64,000 bases of DNA from an uncultured Desulfospira sp. (GTDB lineage: Bacteria; Desulfobacterota; Desulfobacteria; Desulfobacterales; Desulfobacteraceae): assembly GCA_963663165.1 (NCBI GenBank), contig OY760175.1, positions 3,616,001 through 3,680,000 of the forward strand, given 5' to 3'. The translations under genes and the position numbers were made by a program. Below the pieces are notes generated by a model, which was not told the DNA's origin, searched no databases, and was given only the letters and a program-made list of their open reading frames with translations. Positions within the stretch are counted from its first letter, which is position 1; every line of letters starts with the position of its first letter. This document shows, piece by piece, positions 38,909 through 50,900 of this stretch.

Positions 38909-39916
38909 ATGACCGAATCCAACATTGATGACCTTGCTATCCTGTGTGTAGACGATGAACCCATTGTCACGGAAAGCCTTCGGTCTCTGTTTTATAAAGC
39001 ACTCAAGGAAATCAAAGTGATTGAAGTGGCCCACAGCGCTGAAGAGGCCATGGAGGTGATTGAAGATTTTATTGAAGACGGCATCAGCCTTCAGGTGATC
39101 ATCTCGGACTATATCATGCCCGGCGTCAAAGGGGATGAGCTGCTGATGAATATCCACAAAAAATTCCCCAGGGCAAAAAAAATCATGCTCACCGGGCAAA
39201 GTGACATCAAAGGCGTCCAGAACGCCATCAACAAGGCCCATTTATACCGGTTTTTAGAAAAACCATGGATCAATGACGACATGATTTTAACCATTCGTTC
39301 TGCCCTGACCGCCTACCATCAGGAAATCCTCCTTGAAGAGCAGTTCAAAAAACTCCAGCAGATGAACCAGGAACTTGAACAAAAGGTATTGGAACGGACC
39401 CGCCAGCTTGAAGAAAAAAACCGGGAACTTGAACGGGCCGCCATTTCAGACCAGCTGACCGGCCTGGTGAACAGAAGAAAATTAGATGAAATCCTGGCCA
39501 CGGAAATCAAACGGTCCAAACGGTATGGTAACGCCTTTGGTGTCATCATGCTGGATATTGATCATTTCAAGGCAGTGAACGACACCCACGGCCATCAAAT
39601 TGGCGATCAGGTGTTGCAGTTGTTTGCCGAGCAGTTGAAACAGGGGGTCCGGGAAGTTGATGTGCCGGGCCGGTGGGGCGGCGAAGAATTTCTGATTGTT
39701 TGTCCTGAAACGGAAAAGGAGGGCCTGGTCTCTCTGGCTGAACAGCTCAGATCCGGGGTGCAAAGCCGGGAGGTGTCAGGGGTCGGCCCCAAGACCGCCA
39801 GCTTCGGGGTCACCCTTTTTAAAGAAGACGATACCGTTGAAACCCTGGTTGGCCGGGCGGACAAGGCCTTGTATCAGGCCAAGGCCAATGGCCGCAACCG
39901 AATCGAGTACATATAG
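38909..39916 (+). CDS. Response regulator-diguanylate cyclase (REC-GGDEF)
   Basis: REC domain, coiled coil, DQLTGLVNRR, DIDHFKAVND, I-site REVD, RWGGEEF. Confidence 0.95.
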   Translation: MTESNIDDLAILCVDDEPIVTESLRSLFYKALKEIKVIEVAHSAEEAMEVIEDFIEDGISLQVIISDYIMPGVKGDELLMNIHKKFPRAKKIMLTGQSDIKGVQNAINKAHLYRFLEKPWINDDMILTIRSALTAYHQEILLEEQFKKLQQMNQELEQKVLERTRQLEEKNRELERAAISDQLTGLVNRRKLDEILATEIKRSKRYGNAFGVIMLDIDHFKAVNDTHGHQIGDQVLQLFAEQLKQGVREVDVPGRWGGEEFLIVCPETEKEGLVSLAEQLRSGVQSREVSGVGPKTASFGVTLFKEDDTVETLVGRADKALYQAKANGRNRIEYI

Positions 39917-40003
39917 TGTTTGGGCGGCTCGATAGAGGAGCTTCAGCTCACAAAGGCACCCATCTGCGGCGCGTTTGCCACCCTTCTTTTCGTTCAAACA
40001 CTA
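39914..40003. mobile_element. Shortened MITE-like element of the 29520-29668 family
   Basis: TAGTGTTTGGGCG ... CACCCATCTGCGGCG ... TTTTCGTTCAAACACTA. Both terminal TAGs are the stop codons of the flanking convergent genes. Confidence 0.7.
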
Positions 40004-40588
40004 TTCCGGGTCCGGGTTTTCTAACTTATCATACCAGGGTTCGTCGCCGTACAGTTCCTTGGTGCATTTCGGGCATATGCTGTGGCTGACCATGGCATCG
40101 GAGTGTTTTGCGATATAGGCCTCTATTTTGTTCCATATGCCGTTGTCGTCCCGGACGGCTTTGCATCTTGAGCAGATGGGAAGGAGCCCTCTCAAAGTTT
40201 TGAGTTCGACCTCCTTTTTGACCCGGGCCAGAAGTTCCGGCGGCATAAACGGCTTGGCGATATAATCTGAGCCGCCGACTTCAAACCCCTTTACGATATC
40301 GGCGGTTGTCGCCTTTGCCGTTAAAAAAATAACCGGAATATGCTTTTGGGCCATATCGGATTTTATCTGTTTACAGATATCGTATCCATCCATATCCGGC
40401 AGCATCACATCCAGAAGAATCAGGTCAAACGCCTTTTTCCTTACCCATTCAAAGGTTTCTTTGCCGTTCATGGCCGACTCGATATCGTAGCCTTTATTTT
40501 TCAGCACATTCCCCAATAGTTTAAGATTGCTATCTTCATCATCCACAATTAAAATGGAAAAATCAGATTCAATATAATCTTTAGCCAT
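40001..40588 (-). CDS. Response regulator with a C-terminal Cys-rich (CxxC...HxxCxxC) tail
   Basis: ILIVDDE, DLILLDVMLPDMDG, DYIAKPF, LLPICSRCK...SHSICPKC. Confidence 0.92.
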   Translation of the reverse strand: MAKDYIESDFSILIVDDEDSNLKLLGNVLKNKGYDIESAMNGKETFEWVRKKAFDLILLDVMLPDMDGYDICKQIKSDMAQKHIPVIFLTAKATTADIVKGFEVGGSDYIAKPFMPPELLARVKKEVELKTLRGLLPICSRCKAVRDDNGIWNKIEAYIAKHSDAMVSHSICPKCTKELYGDEPWYDKLENPDPE

Positions 40589-40802
40589 CTTGTGCCCCTT
40601 TATATGGTTGTGGCGCAAACTTGAACCTATAAATCCTTGAAATCAGCCGGTATGAAATGATAAAAGAAAACTTGAGTTTTAGCAATGGGTAAAATCAGTC
40701 CAAAACATCGCATGACGACCTGGTGCCATTGACTGCCCCGAGGAAATTCAAAAAAAGATGGTTAACAGATCGCACAATTAACAAAGGTAACCGGGACCCA
40801 AG

Positions 40803-42920
40803 ATGCTTAACCCCAAACTTTTACCGACATTAACCGGCGGGTGGATCATACTGATGGTGACCCTGGTTTCCGGGGTTTTATCCGGGCCTTTGTTTGCCCG
40901 GTCAACGGTTGAAGAGCTGGTGGAATCCATGAGTCTTGAACAGCTCATGACCCTTGAGGCCGGTTCCACCAGCTTTTTTGAAACACCGATAGAAAAGATG
41001 CCGGGCAGCCTGTATGTCATTTCCCGGGAAACCATGGATTTTTCATACGGGGCAAGCCTGGCAGATTACCTTTCCTATTACGTTCCCGGGGCCCAGATAT
41101 CCGAATTTTACGATAAAGGCCCGCTGTACACCACCCGGGGAACCTCAGGCGGCTCCAACGGCACCACCCTTTTCATGCTCAACTCAGAAAAACTGAACAC
41201 CAGCAGCGGCATGCCGTTTAACCTCAACCTTCCCCTGTTAGGGTTTGCCGACCGGATTGAAGTGCTGAACGGCCCCTGTTCCCTGATCCACGGCAGCGGC
41301 AGCATGAACGGATTTGTTAATATCATCCATAAAACCGGAAAAGACAACCCCGGCTCATTTTTATCCGTGGAAACCGGCCTTAACGACGGGATGATCCGGA
41401 TGGAAACCGGCCATGGCCTGCCCGATACCCGGATCGGGGACCTGTATCTGTATGCAGGGGCGGTAGAATCTGATTCCCTGGACCGGCCGGCAAAGCAGGC
41501 CGATGCCTTTACCGGCCCGAGTTTCAGGACCTCTTTTAACCTGCACAAAAAAAACCTTACCCTGACAGCATTTGCCGAGCAGGAAAAATTTGAGTCCAGC
41601 CTGCCCGACCTCACCAGAAATCCGGATGACGGATATTTACAGGTTGAGATGAAAAGCTATGGCGCCATTCCCAAACTCAAATTCGACATCAGCCCCTTTG
41701 AAGACATCACCATTTCCATGCCGATCACCTATTTTGAGCAGTCTGAATCGGTTCCCCAACCGGATATAACCGGCACTTCTGACGAAGAATTTCATTTCAA
41801 AACACATCTTCTTTTCCGGACCACCCGCATCAACCGACATAAGCTCGCCGTTGGCGGTACGGCGTTCATGTTAAAAAAAGAGCGGAACATTCAGCAGTAC
41901 AATTTTTTTGACTATGGGCCGGGGCAGCCGCCCGCTGCTTTGGCCGATATATCCCTTAAGCTTTTCTGCATCGGCCTTAGCGCCTATGTGGAGGATACCA
42001 TTGAGGTGACCCCCCGGCTGGATCTGTTTACCGGCTTACGGTATGACAGTGTTCATGCCAAAGATTTTACACTTGACATCAATGATGCCGGAAAAACCGA
42101 TATCGGGTTCAGTGGAAATTACGATGAAATCGTAACGCCAAGATTAGGGGTCACCTATGCGCTTTCCAGTGAAAAATTCTTAACATTTATGTACCAGCAG
42201 GGGTACAGCAACCCGGACTATGCCGACCGCATCGGGCACAACAGGCTCAGCGATATTTCAACGGAAAAACTGGAAAGCTTGGAGCTTGGATACCACCAGT
42301 CACTGGCCCGGGAAAGGGGAAAAATCAGCCTGAGCGCTTACTATAATATTTTCAGGGACACGGCGCTGCAGGGATATACCAGAAGCCAGGCCGGCGATTC
42401 CGTCGCCATTCCCATTGTCATGGACCGGTTTGACGTCTTTGGCTTTGAAGGCGCCTTCACCTATCATTTTGATCCCCGTACAAGCCTTTGGGCATCCTAT
42501 TCCTATTCACGGCCCGTCAATTTCAACACCAATGGCTTAGCCCACCCCATCACCAGCGAAGACGGGGATGAATGGCTGATTTTCCCCACACACATGATCA
42601 AGCTCAATGTCTCCCATCGTTTTTTCAACGACCGGTTAGAGGTGCTGATCGGCGGCCTGTACAACAGCAGTATTTCCACCCTTCAAAGAGAACCGGCCCC
42701 GGGTTCATCATCTGAAGATGTCTTTTCCCACCACCGGTTTGTGCTCAATGCCGCGGCCCGTTACAAGCTGTCCAAAACCCTGACCTTAACCCTGCGGGGG
42801 AAAAATATCCTGGACAACGATGTCCCGGCCACCGGGTACTACTACAACTGGGGGTATGGAAAAGATAACACGGCCTTTACCCACCCGGAGGTGTATATCG
42901 GGTTGAACTGGAAATTTTGA
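40803..42920 (+). CDS. TonB-dependent outer-membrane receptor
   Basis: Signal peptide; plug 'PGSLYVIS...DRIEVLNGPCSLIHGSGSMNGFVNII'; GLRYD; GKNILD; terminal IGLNWKF. Confidence 0.9.
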   Translation: MLNPKLLPTLTGGWIILMVTLVSGVLSGPLFARSTVEELVESMSLEQLMTLEAGSTSFFETPIEKMPGSLYVISRETMDFSYGASLADYLSYYVPGAQISEFYDKGPLYTTRGTSGGSNGTTLFMLNSEKLNTSSGMPFNLNLPLLGFADRIEVLNGPCSLIHGSGSMNGFVNIIHKTGKDNPGSFLSVETGLNDGMIRMETGHGLPDTRIGDLYLYAGAVESDSLDRPAKQADAFTGPSFRTSFNLHKKNLTLTAFAEQEKFESSLPDLTRNPDDGYLQVEMKSYGAIPKLKFDISPFEDITISMPITYFEQSESVPQPDITGTSDEEFHFKTHLLFRTTRINRHKLAVGGTAFMLKKERNIQQYNFFDYGPGQPPAALADISLKLFCIGLSAYVEDTIEVTPRLDLFTGLRYDSVHAKDFTLDINDAGKTDIGFSGNYDEIVTPRLGVTYALSSEKFLTFMYQQGYSNPDYADRIGHNRLSDISTEKLESLELGYHQSLARERGKISLSAYYNIFRDTALQGYTRSQAGDSVAIPIVMDRFDVFGFEGAFTYHFDPRTSLWASYSYSRPVNFNTNGLAHPITSEDGDEWLIFPTHMIKLNVSHRFFNDRLEVLIGGLYNSSISTLQREPAPGSSSEDVFSHHRFVLNAAARYKLSKTLTLTLRGKNILDNDVPATGYYYNWGYGKDNTAFTHPEVYIGLNWKF

Positions 42921-43504
42921 TCATGAGGCCTTTCAAATTGAAATCCGCCTGCATGGCCGCCGCTTTTCTGGTCCTGCTGTTTCCCTTCACCGGGACCGGT
43001 TCCGGCCTCAAGTCGGGGCCGGTCTCGGAGCAGGAAATCCAGGCGGCCATGGTCATGAAGTTCACCGATTTCATCTCGTGGCCGGAACATTCCTTTGCCC
43101 ATAAAAAAGCCCCTTTTATCCTCGGAATTTTAGGGGGGCCCGGTTTGGGGACATTATTTTCCCCTTTTATCGGCCACCTGATCCAGGGACGGCCCCTTGC
43201 GGTTCAAACCTATGACCATATCACCCAGATCACCCAGCCTCAGATCCTGATCATCAGCCAGTCCAAAAAGGATCTGGCAGACCAGGTTATCGGGCAGATG
43301 AAGGCCAGACCCGTGCTGACCATAGGAAATTTCCCTGAATTTGCCGACATGGGCGGGCTGATCGCCTTTTGCAAAAAGCCCGGGGGCAGGATCGGATTTA
43401 AAATCAATCTGACCGCCAAAACAGACTCCGGGCTTGAAATCAGCTCGTTTCTCATGAAACTGGGAGAAATTGTCCAGCCTGGGAAAAAGGGGGATACGCC
43501 GTGA
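42917..43504 (+). CDS. yfiR: YfiR/HmsC-family periplasmic protein
   Basis: EQEIQAAMVMKFTDFISWP, PVLTIG, GGLIAF, FKINL..K..GLEISSFLMKL. Confidence 0.85.
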   Translation: MIMRPFKLKSACMAAAFLVLLFPFTGTGSGLKSGPVSEQEIQAAMVMKFTDFISWPEHSFAHKKAPFILGILGGPGLGTLFSPFIGHLIQGRPLAVQTYDHITQITQPQILIISQSKKDLADQVIGQMKARPVLTIGNFPEFADMGGLIAFCKKPGGRIGFKINLTAKTDSGLEISSFLMKLGEIVQPGKKGDTP

Positions 43505-46257
43505 ACATTTTAAAATCCTTTTCTTTCCTGCTTCGAAAACAGAAATCCATTCAGTCCAAAATCCTGACCATTGTTCTGTTCAGCAATGCATTGGGCCTGG
43601 CCATCGGCAGTCTTTTCTTCATCGTCAACGATATCATGCTGGTCAAAAAAAGCCTGGTATACGGGTTTACGGCCCTGGCCGATGTCACATCCAAGAACCT
43701 GGAAGCCCCCCTTTATTTTGGAGATGCCAAGGCCGGCAAAGACACCCTTCTGGCCCTGATGGCCAATGAAGACATCCTTGGGGCCTGTGTTTATGACAAA
43801 ACCGGAAAAATCTTTACCACTTACACCAGCCCGGGATCAGATCTCAACCTTGAATCCTTTTCCGGGTTAAAGATGATGCCCGACGGCATCCACCTGAAAA
43901 AGTCCCGGTTTCTAACCTACAAAACGGTAAACTTTAAAGGGAACATCCTGGGAAGGATTCTGATCATGGCCGATACCGCCCATATGCTCAACCTGGTGGG
44001 CCAGCACATTTTATACAACATCTGTCTGTTTACCGGGATCTGTGCCCTGATTTATCTGCTTTCTACCCGGGCCATGAAAATCATCACGGGTCCCCTCAAC
44101 CGGCTGTACCGGGCAGTGGAATCCATCACCAGAGAAAAGAACTATTCGTTGAGGGTGACATACAGCGACGATGACGAATTTGGCCGGATGATCAAGGCCT
44201 TTAACCAGATGATCAGTGAAATCCAGATCAGGGACAGCCAGCTTGAAAACAATATGGACATTCTCGAAGAAAAAGTCCAGGAAAGGACCCGGACCCTCAA
44301 TGAATTAAACCGGGAACTGTTAAAAGAAAAGGAAAAGGCCGAGGTGGCCAGCCAGGCAAAAACTGATTTTCTGGCCAACATGAGCCATGAAATCCGGACC
44401 CCCATGAACGCCATTTTAGGATTAAGCCACCTGTCTTTAAAAGCCGGCCTGGACAGAAAACAGAACAATTACATCCTGAAAATAAAACGGGCCGCCGAAT
44501 CGCTGCTTCAAATTATTGACGATATCCTTGATTTCTCCAAAATTGAGGCCGGCAAACTGGTCATGGAAGTCCGGGACCTGGACCTGAAGGAAATCGTGCA
44601 GGACATCTCCACCCTGCTGTCCATAAAAGCCCATGACAGGGGGCTGAACCTTGTGTTTAACATTGATCCTAAGACCCCGGTGCATCTTAAAGGCGACGGG
44701 TTACGGCTGAGCCAGATCCTGATGAACCTGATCGGAAATGCCATCAAGTTTACCGAAAAAGGAGATATCTTTGTATTCATCTATCCGGTTCAGGTTGAAA
44801 ATGATCAGGTTATTTTAAAATTTGAAGTGGCCGATACCGGTATCGGCCTGACCCGGGAGCAGCAAGGCAAGCTTTTTCAGTCTTTCCAGCAGGCAGACAC
44901 ATCCACCACCCGTAAATTCGGCGGCACCGGGTTAGGGCTTGCCATCTGCAAGAACCTGGTGGATTTAATGGGCGGCACCATCGGGGTTGAAAGCGAAATA
45001 GACAACGGCAGTACTTTTTATTTTACAGCGAAATTCGGATGCTGCAAAGACGGCACTCAACCCGAAAACCAGGCAGGTTTTCCGCCCAATGGCGCGCAAT
45101 TCCCGGACCATTCCTCTGGAGATCACATGCTGGAAAAAAATCAGACAACCGTTCATATCTGCGATGTTCCCGAAGGCTTTGATGCCTTTCGGGGGGCACG
45201 TATCCTGCTGGTGGAAGACAATGAAATCAACCAGGAAGTGGCCGTGGACATGCTTGAAGGGGAAGGCTTTTTCACTGATGTGGCCGGCAACGGCAAAGAC
45301 GCCCTGAACCGGTTAAAAGACCCTAAATTTGCCGCATCCCTTGACCTGATCCTCATGGATTTGCAGATGCCGGTTATGGACGGCTATGACGCGTCAAGGC
45401 AAATCAGAAAAATAGACGCCCTCAAGGCGCTGCCCATCATTGCCATGACCGCCGATGTCATGAACGGGGTCCACGAAAAGGCCGAGCAAAGCGGCATGAG
45501 CGACTACATCTCCAAACCCATTGATCCGGCCCTATTGTTCAGCACCCTGGCAAAGTGGATCAAACCCGGCGACAGGCCCCTTCCGGACGGCTTTGAGCCC
45601 AGACCCGTTTGTTCGCCCCTTCAGGCACCTGCTTTTAAAATTCCAGGAATTAATGTTTCCTTAGGGATATACAGGGTGAGCGGGAATGTGGACGCCTATA
45701 AAAAAATGCTTAAAAAATTTGTGCTTCACCACCGGGATGCGGGACAGAAGATTGTCCATGAAGTGGAAAACCAAAACTTAAAAGAAGCTTCCGCCCTGGC
45801 CCATATGCTCAAAGGGGTGGCCGGCAATATCGGCGCATCAGACCTGTATAATTCCCTGTTGGATCTTGAAAAGGCCTTAACATCCCATGGGGATAAAGAC
45901 ATTCCCTCCGCCGCAGACAAGGCCAACACCATTCTGCTTCGTACGGTGTCGCTCATTGAACCGGTTTTAGAACAACCGGACTTACCGGACCAAAGCGCAT
46001 CCCCCCCGGACCGGAAACCGGAAAAAGAGATCCTCAGCGACATGGCCCCAATGCTGGACAGGCTGTCACAGCTTTTGGAGACCTTTAATGTGGATGCGGA
46101 AAATGTTCTGGAAACCCTGATGGAAAAGGCCAGAGGATCGGCCATGGAAGAAGGCCTGATGCCCATCCAGAAAAAACTGGACGGGTATGACTTTGAAGGG
46201 GCGGCCCAGGAACTGTCCCGCTTTAGAGAAACCGTTAACACAAAAATGGACCCGTAA
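43501..46257 (+). CDS. Hybrid histidine kinase (CHASE8-like periplasmic, HAMP, HisKA, HATPase, REC, Hpt)
   Basis: [64 protein letters not shown]. Confidence 0.95.
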   Translation: MNILKSFSFLLRKQKSIQSKILTIVLFSNALGLAIGSLFFIVNDIMLVKKSLVYGFTALADVTSKNLEAPLYFGDAKAGKDTLLALMANEDILGACVYDKTGKIFTTYTSPGSDLNLESFSGLKMMPDGIHLKKSRFLTYKTVNFKGNILGRILIMADTAHMLNLVGQHILYNICLFTGICALIYLLSTRAMKIITGPLNRLYRAVESITREKNYSLRVTYSDDDEFGRMIKAFNQMISEIQIRDSQLENNMDILEEKVQERTRTLNELNRELLKEKEKAEVASQAKTDFLANMSHEIRTPMNAILGLSHLSLKAGLDRKQNNYILKIKRAAESLLQIIDDILDFSKIEAGKLVMEVRDLDLKEIVQDISTLLSIKAHDRGLNLVFNIDPKTPVHLKGDGLRLSQILMNLIGNAIKFTEKGDIFVFIYPVQVENDQVILKFEVADTGIGLTREQQGKLFQSFQQADTSTTRKFGGTGLGLAICKNLVDLMGGTIGVESEIDNGSTFYFTAKFGCCKDGTQPENQAGFPPNGAQFPDHSSGDHMLEKNQTTVHICDVPEGFDAFRGARILLVEDNEINQEVAVDMLEGEGFFTDVAGNGKDALNRLKDPKFAASLDLILMDLQMPVMDGYDASRQIRKIDALKALPIIAMTADVMNGVHEKAEQSGMSDYISKPIDPALLFSTLAKWIKPGDRPLPDGFEPRPVCSPLQAPAFKIPGINVSLGIYRVSGNVDAYKKMLKKFVLHHRDAGQKIVHEVENQNLKEASALAHMLKGVAGNIGASDLYNSLLDLEKALTSHGDKDIPSAADKANTILLRTVSLIEPVLEQPDLPDQSASPPDRKPEKEILSDMAPMLDRLSQLLETFNVDAENVLETLMEKARGSAMEEGLMPIQKKLDGYDFEGAAQELSRFRETVNTKMDP

Positions 46258-46262
46258 AAATC

Positions 46263-47402
46263 ATGGAAAACAAACCAGGCCCGGAACAAAAAATTCTGAT
46301 CGTGGACGACATCCCCACCAATCTGGATCTTTTAAAAGGGATTTTACAGCCTTCCTACACGGTGTTTGTGGCCATCAACGGCAGTATTGCACTGCAAATC
46401 GCACAAACCCAGGAACCGGATTTGATTTTGCTGGATATCATGATGCCTGAAATGGACGGATATGAAGTATGCAAAAGGCTTAAAGCCCATGAGGCAACAT
46501 CAAAAATCCCGGTGATTTTTGTTACGGCCAAAGGGGCCCCGGTTGACGAATCCAAAGGATTTAAAGTGGGATGTGTTGATTACATTAAAAAACCCATCAG
46601 CCCCCTCATTGTTTCCGCAAGGGTAAAGACCCACCTGATGCTCCGCCGTGCCCTTCACACCCTGGAACAGCAGAATGAAGAACTGAAAAAAGCGGCAAAG
46701 CTCCGGGAGGATGTGGAACGGATCTCCCGGCATGATCTGAAAAATCCCATGTCGGCCATCTTTTCAGGGCTATACTTTCTCGGGGTGGACCCGGACCTGG
46801 GCAAAGAGGCCAAAGAGCATCTTGAAACCATCAATGAGGCGGCCCAGGACATGCTCAACATGATCAACTCATCCCTTGACCTGTTTAAAATGGAGCAGGA
46901 TATCTACCGGCCCAACCTTGAAGATGTGGATATCATGGACATCCTTACACGGATCAAAAGGGATTTAAGGGCCCTTTCCAGTGCAAAGGACAGCCGCATA
47001 GAGGTAAAGGGCCCATACGGCACACCCCCGGAGGGAATTTCGAATTTTACGGTAAGGGGAGAACCCCTGCTCATTTATTCCATGCTGGTGAACCTGTTAA
47101 AAAATGCCCTGGAGGCAACCCCGGCCGATGAACCCGTGACCGTTGCCCTGGCCTCACGCCGGGACCAGGCGCAAATTGCCATTCACAACAGGGGGGCCAT
47201 CCCCAAAGACATCCGGGATACGGTGTTTGACAAATTCGTAACCTGCGGAAAACAAAAAGGAACCGGACTTGGGACATACAGTGCCCGGCTGATTGCACAC
47301 ACCCTGGGAGGCGATATTGCCATGGAAACCTATGAGCAGAGGGGAACGACATTCACAGTATTGCTGGCAAAAGGAAATGACTTCGGGTATAAAGAAACAT
47401 AA
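46263..47402 (+). CDS. REC-histidine kinase hybrid
   Basis: ILIVDD, DLILLDIMMP, HDLKNP, NLLKNA, GTGLG. Confidence 0.93.
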   Translation: MENKPGPEQKILIVDDIPTNLDLLKGILQPSYTVFVAINGSIALQIAQTQEPDLILLDIMMPEMDGYEVCKRLKAHEATSKIPVIFVTAKGAPVDESKGFKVGCVDYIKKPISPLIVSARVKTHLMLRRALHTLEQQNEELKKAAKLREDVERISRHDLKNPMSAIFSGLYFLGVDPDLGKEAKEHLETINEAAQDMLNMINSSLDLFKMEQDIYRPNLEDVDIMDILTRIKRDLRALSSAKDSRIEVKGPYGTPPEGISNFTVRGEPLLIYSMLVNLLKNALEATPADEPVTVALASRRDQAQIAIHNRGAIPKDIRDTVFDKFVTCGKQKGTGLGTYSARLIAHTLGGDIAMETYEQRGTTFTVLLAKGNDFGYKET

Positions 47403-47480
47403 CCGCCACACTTTCGAAAATAATTGATGACAACCAGCCGGCAAAAAAACAATAGGAAAGACACCGTGTACGATAAGGCA

Positions 47481-47891
47481 ATGAGTCCCAATCTCAATTT
47501 TCTTCTGGTGGATGATGACCCCAGAATCTTGAAGACCCTCCGGAAAACCTTAGAGGCTGCCGGATTCAAAAACCTGCATACGGCTGAAAACGGAAAGGCG
47601 GCCCTTAACTGCCTTCGGGAATACGGCATAGACCTGGTTTTCATGGACTGGGACATGCCGGAAATGAACGGCGGCGAAGTCCTTGAAGAAATGCAGACCC
47701 AAAACATGCTCACCCACACCAAAGTGGTGATGCTCACCGCCCACTCTGAAAAAGACTATGTGGTGGTATCCAAACAGCTGGGCGCAGCCAATTATATCAT
47801 AAAGCCCTTCACCCCCATTGCCATCTATGAAAAACTCGAATCGATTTTTCATGCCAACCTCCCCTATAAAAACGACATTGTTTTTTTGTAA
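47481..47891 (+). CDS. CheY-like single-domain response regulator
   Basis: FLLVDDD, DWDMPEMNG, MLTA, YIIKPF. Confidence 0.9.
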   Translation: MSPNLNFLLVDDDPRILKTLRKTLEAAGFKNLHTAENGKAALNCLREYGIDLVFMDWDMPEMNGGEVLEEMQTQNMLTHTKVVMLTAHSEKDYVVVSKQLGAANYIIKPFTPIAIYEKLESIFHANLPYKNDIVFL

Positions 47892-47942
47892 GCATTCATC
47901 GGAACAGCCGACAGACGGACCGTTTCTTTAAAAACTCCGGTT

Positions 47943-50900
47943 TTATTTCCCATGGATCACTATTCCAAACCCCGAAACCAGCCGGGCAAGGTCGCAGGCA
48001 TCGATCCTGCCGTCCCCGTTAAAATCACCTTCCGGAAAAAAAGCCGTATCCTGTGCGGTACTTCCCAGGGCCGGCAGCAACAGGGCCAGATCTTTTCCAT
48101 CCACATCAAAATCTTTGTCCAGGTCTATTTGGGGTGCGATTTCCTGGAGATCTACCCGGCCCAGGCCTGAGGCCATGACGCAAAGGTCCTTTTGGTCAAT
48201 GACATTGTCCCGGTTAAAATCCGCCCGGGCCAGAAACCCGGGCTGACCTGAGACACTGCCCAGTGCCGCGGCAAAAAGGGCCAGGTCCTCTCCATCCACA
48301 TCCAGATCAAGGTCGAAGTCGGCTGCCATGGGGTTGCCCGGATGAATGTCAGCATTCTTTGGATCCGTTCCAAGCCCTGTTTCTTCCCCGTCCCCGTATC
48401 CGTCATTGTCCGAATCCCAGTCAAAAGGATCGGTTCCAAGGGCAATTTCATCGGCGTTTAACAGGCCGTCCTGGTCGGCATCCCCGGCCCGGGTCATGGT
48501 GGTAAAGGTCCACAACGGCCCCTCGGTTTCCCCGCCATGGGAATCCAGGCAGACGATTTTCCAGAAATACTGAACCCCATAGTCAAGGCCGGCAAGTTCA
48601 AACTCCGGCACCAGAAGGCCCTGCCCTGACGGGGCCATTTCATCGGGGTCCGTGCCCAGGTACAGGTTGAAACTCAGGCTGTCCAGGGGATCAGGATCCG
48701 TTCCTGTCCAGGATAAAACAAGATCCGGGAAAGTCTGGATTTTCCCGTTCTCAGGGTCAGGCGAACAGGGAATATCAGGGTCTTGATTATGGGTGACCGT
48801 CACGGGGACAGGACTGTATACCCCCATGGAACTGTCACTGTCACTGATTTCAAGATAAATGTAATAGGTCCCTTCCGGCACCAGTGCCACGTTCCAGGCA
48901 AATTCATCATCTTCTAAATCAGGATCTTCAAGAATCCCGTCCTGGATCAGGGTTCCGTCAAATCCCTGGTCGTCGGTATCGTAAAAAATGGAAATCCATG
49001 CGTTGGAATCCGGGTCCTCATCGGTCCATTGAATTAAAATATCCCCGCTGTTTTCAACCACACTTGTCACAGGCTGTACCAGGGTAATCTGAGGGGGAAC
49101 GTTTTCTTCCACATATTTAAGAAAAAACCGGGTAACCACACTCCAGGGCCCGGGAAGGCCATGTCCGTCAACGGCCCGGCACCGGAAATAGTAAGTTGAA
49201 AAATTTTCAAGCTCAGGTTCCACCTGCCAGGAATTAGCGGCGGTTTCAGTCTCGCGGACCACCTGGCTGAGCCCGGCATCGGCATATACTTCAAACTCAA
49301 AGGTTAAATCATCCCTGTCCGGTTCCAAGACCGGGTTAACTTCCAGCACAGGGGTAAGGGTGGTGACCCAGGCCCCCGTGTCCGGATTGTTGATGGAGGG
49401 TGTAGCCGGGGTCTGGTTCGCCGAATTGGTAAAAAAAGAGCCAGACGCCCACTCACTGCACCCACTGCCGCTAAAGGCCCGGACCCGCCAGAAATACAAG
49501 GTGTTGTCCATTAAATTTCCCGGTTCCCAGGACACGGATTTCTGGGCGATGCCTGTTTTTTCCGAAACCATAAGGTTTGAGCTGTCAAAGGCCGGGGACA
49601 GATCCAGCTCAAAAGAGTAGTTCATGGACCCGGAAACCGGATCAACGCTGCCCGAAGCGGTGAGAACCGGGGCAAGGCTTTGTATCTCTTCCCCCTGGGC
49701 CGGACTAGAAATCAGCGGTGTTCCGGGAGGCGAATGGGTAACGTCCACGGTAAAGGATGCCACAGGGGAAAATGTGCTGTTGCCCTCATTGTCGGTCAGT
49801 TTACACCGCCAGTAATAGGTCGTGCCGTCTTCCAGATCCGTATCCGCCTGCCAGGACAGGGTGGTTTCTTCTCCGGGATCCAGGTCAGGAGAGCCCGCCA
49901 CAAAAAGGGTTAAAGCGTCATCGGAAAAGATTTGAAATTCAGCGGTTAATTGATCCTGGTCCGGATTTTCTTTGCAGGTTACGCTGAGGACCGGATTAAG
50001 GGTGGCCGAAAGGCCCTGGTCACAGGGGCCGGCAATTAAGGGCGGGCCCGGCGGTTCATCCACCGCATTGACAAAGAATGTTCCATAGGTCCACAGGCTG
50101 TATGCAATGCCGTCACAGGCCCTGACCCGCCAGTAAACCGTCTGATTTTCCAGGAAGGCGTCAACCGGACTGAACGAGGTTGAGGGTTCTGCCTCGGGCA
50201 CCTGGTACCGGCTTTCCAAAAGGTCCGTATATTCCGGATCACTGTAAATCTCAACATCATAAAACAGGGCATCGCCGTCCTTGTCCGTACTGTTGGCGAT
50301 CTCCAGAACCGGAGAAAGTGTATCAACCGGTGATCCGTCAAGGGGCTGTATAATCCCCGGGGCAGACGGCCCGTATTCGCCGTCCAGGGGATCCAGGCCG
50401 GTTAAATATTCGTCCAGGTCGCAGATCCCGTCATGATCAAAGTCTTCTGAACCGTCCCGGTCCAGGGAGTCGAAATGGCTGATCTCCCACTGATCCGCCA
50501 TCCCGTCGCAGTCAGCGTCCGACCCGGGACAAATTTTAATGGCCCCGGAGGTTGATGTTTCAAGAACGCCGTCAGAGGCGGTAAAAATAATTGAATAGGA
50601 ACCGGCCTGGCCGCTCAAGGGGACCCAGTCAAATATGGCCTGGCCGTTTTCCTGGTCTGTAAAAACCGCCCCGGCCGGCAGGGATACGGCCGTCAGGCTC
50701 GGGATGGTGCCGTCCGGGTCACTGGCAATCACCATAAATGAAACCGGGTCCCCTTCGACACGGACCATATCCGGTACCGGCTGGATAACCGGGGCCTGGG
50801 GTGAATCTGCCGGTTCGGTTAAGACCAGCGTATAGGACCCGGTGGAATTCACGTCAAAAATATTAAAATAATAAGACCATTGGCTGGTCCCTTCCCGTTC

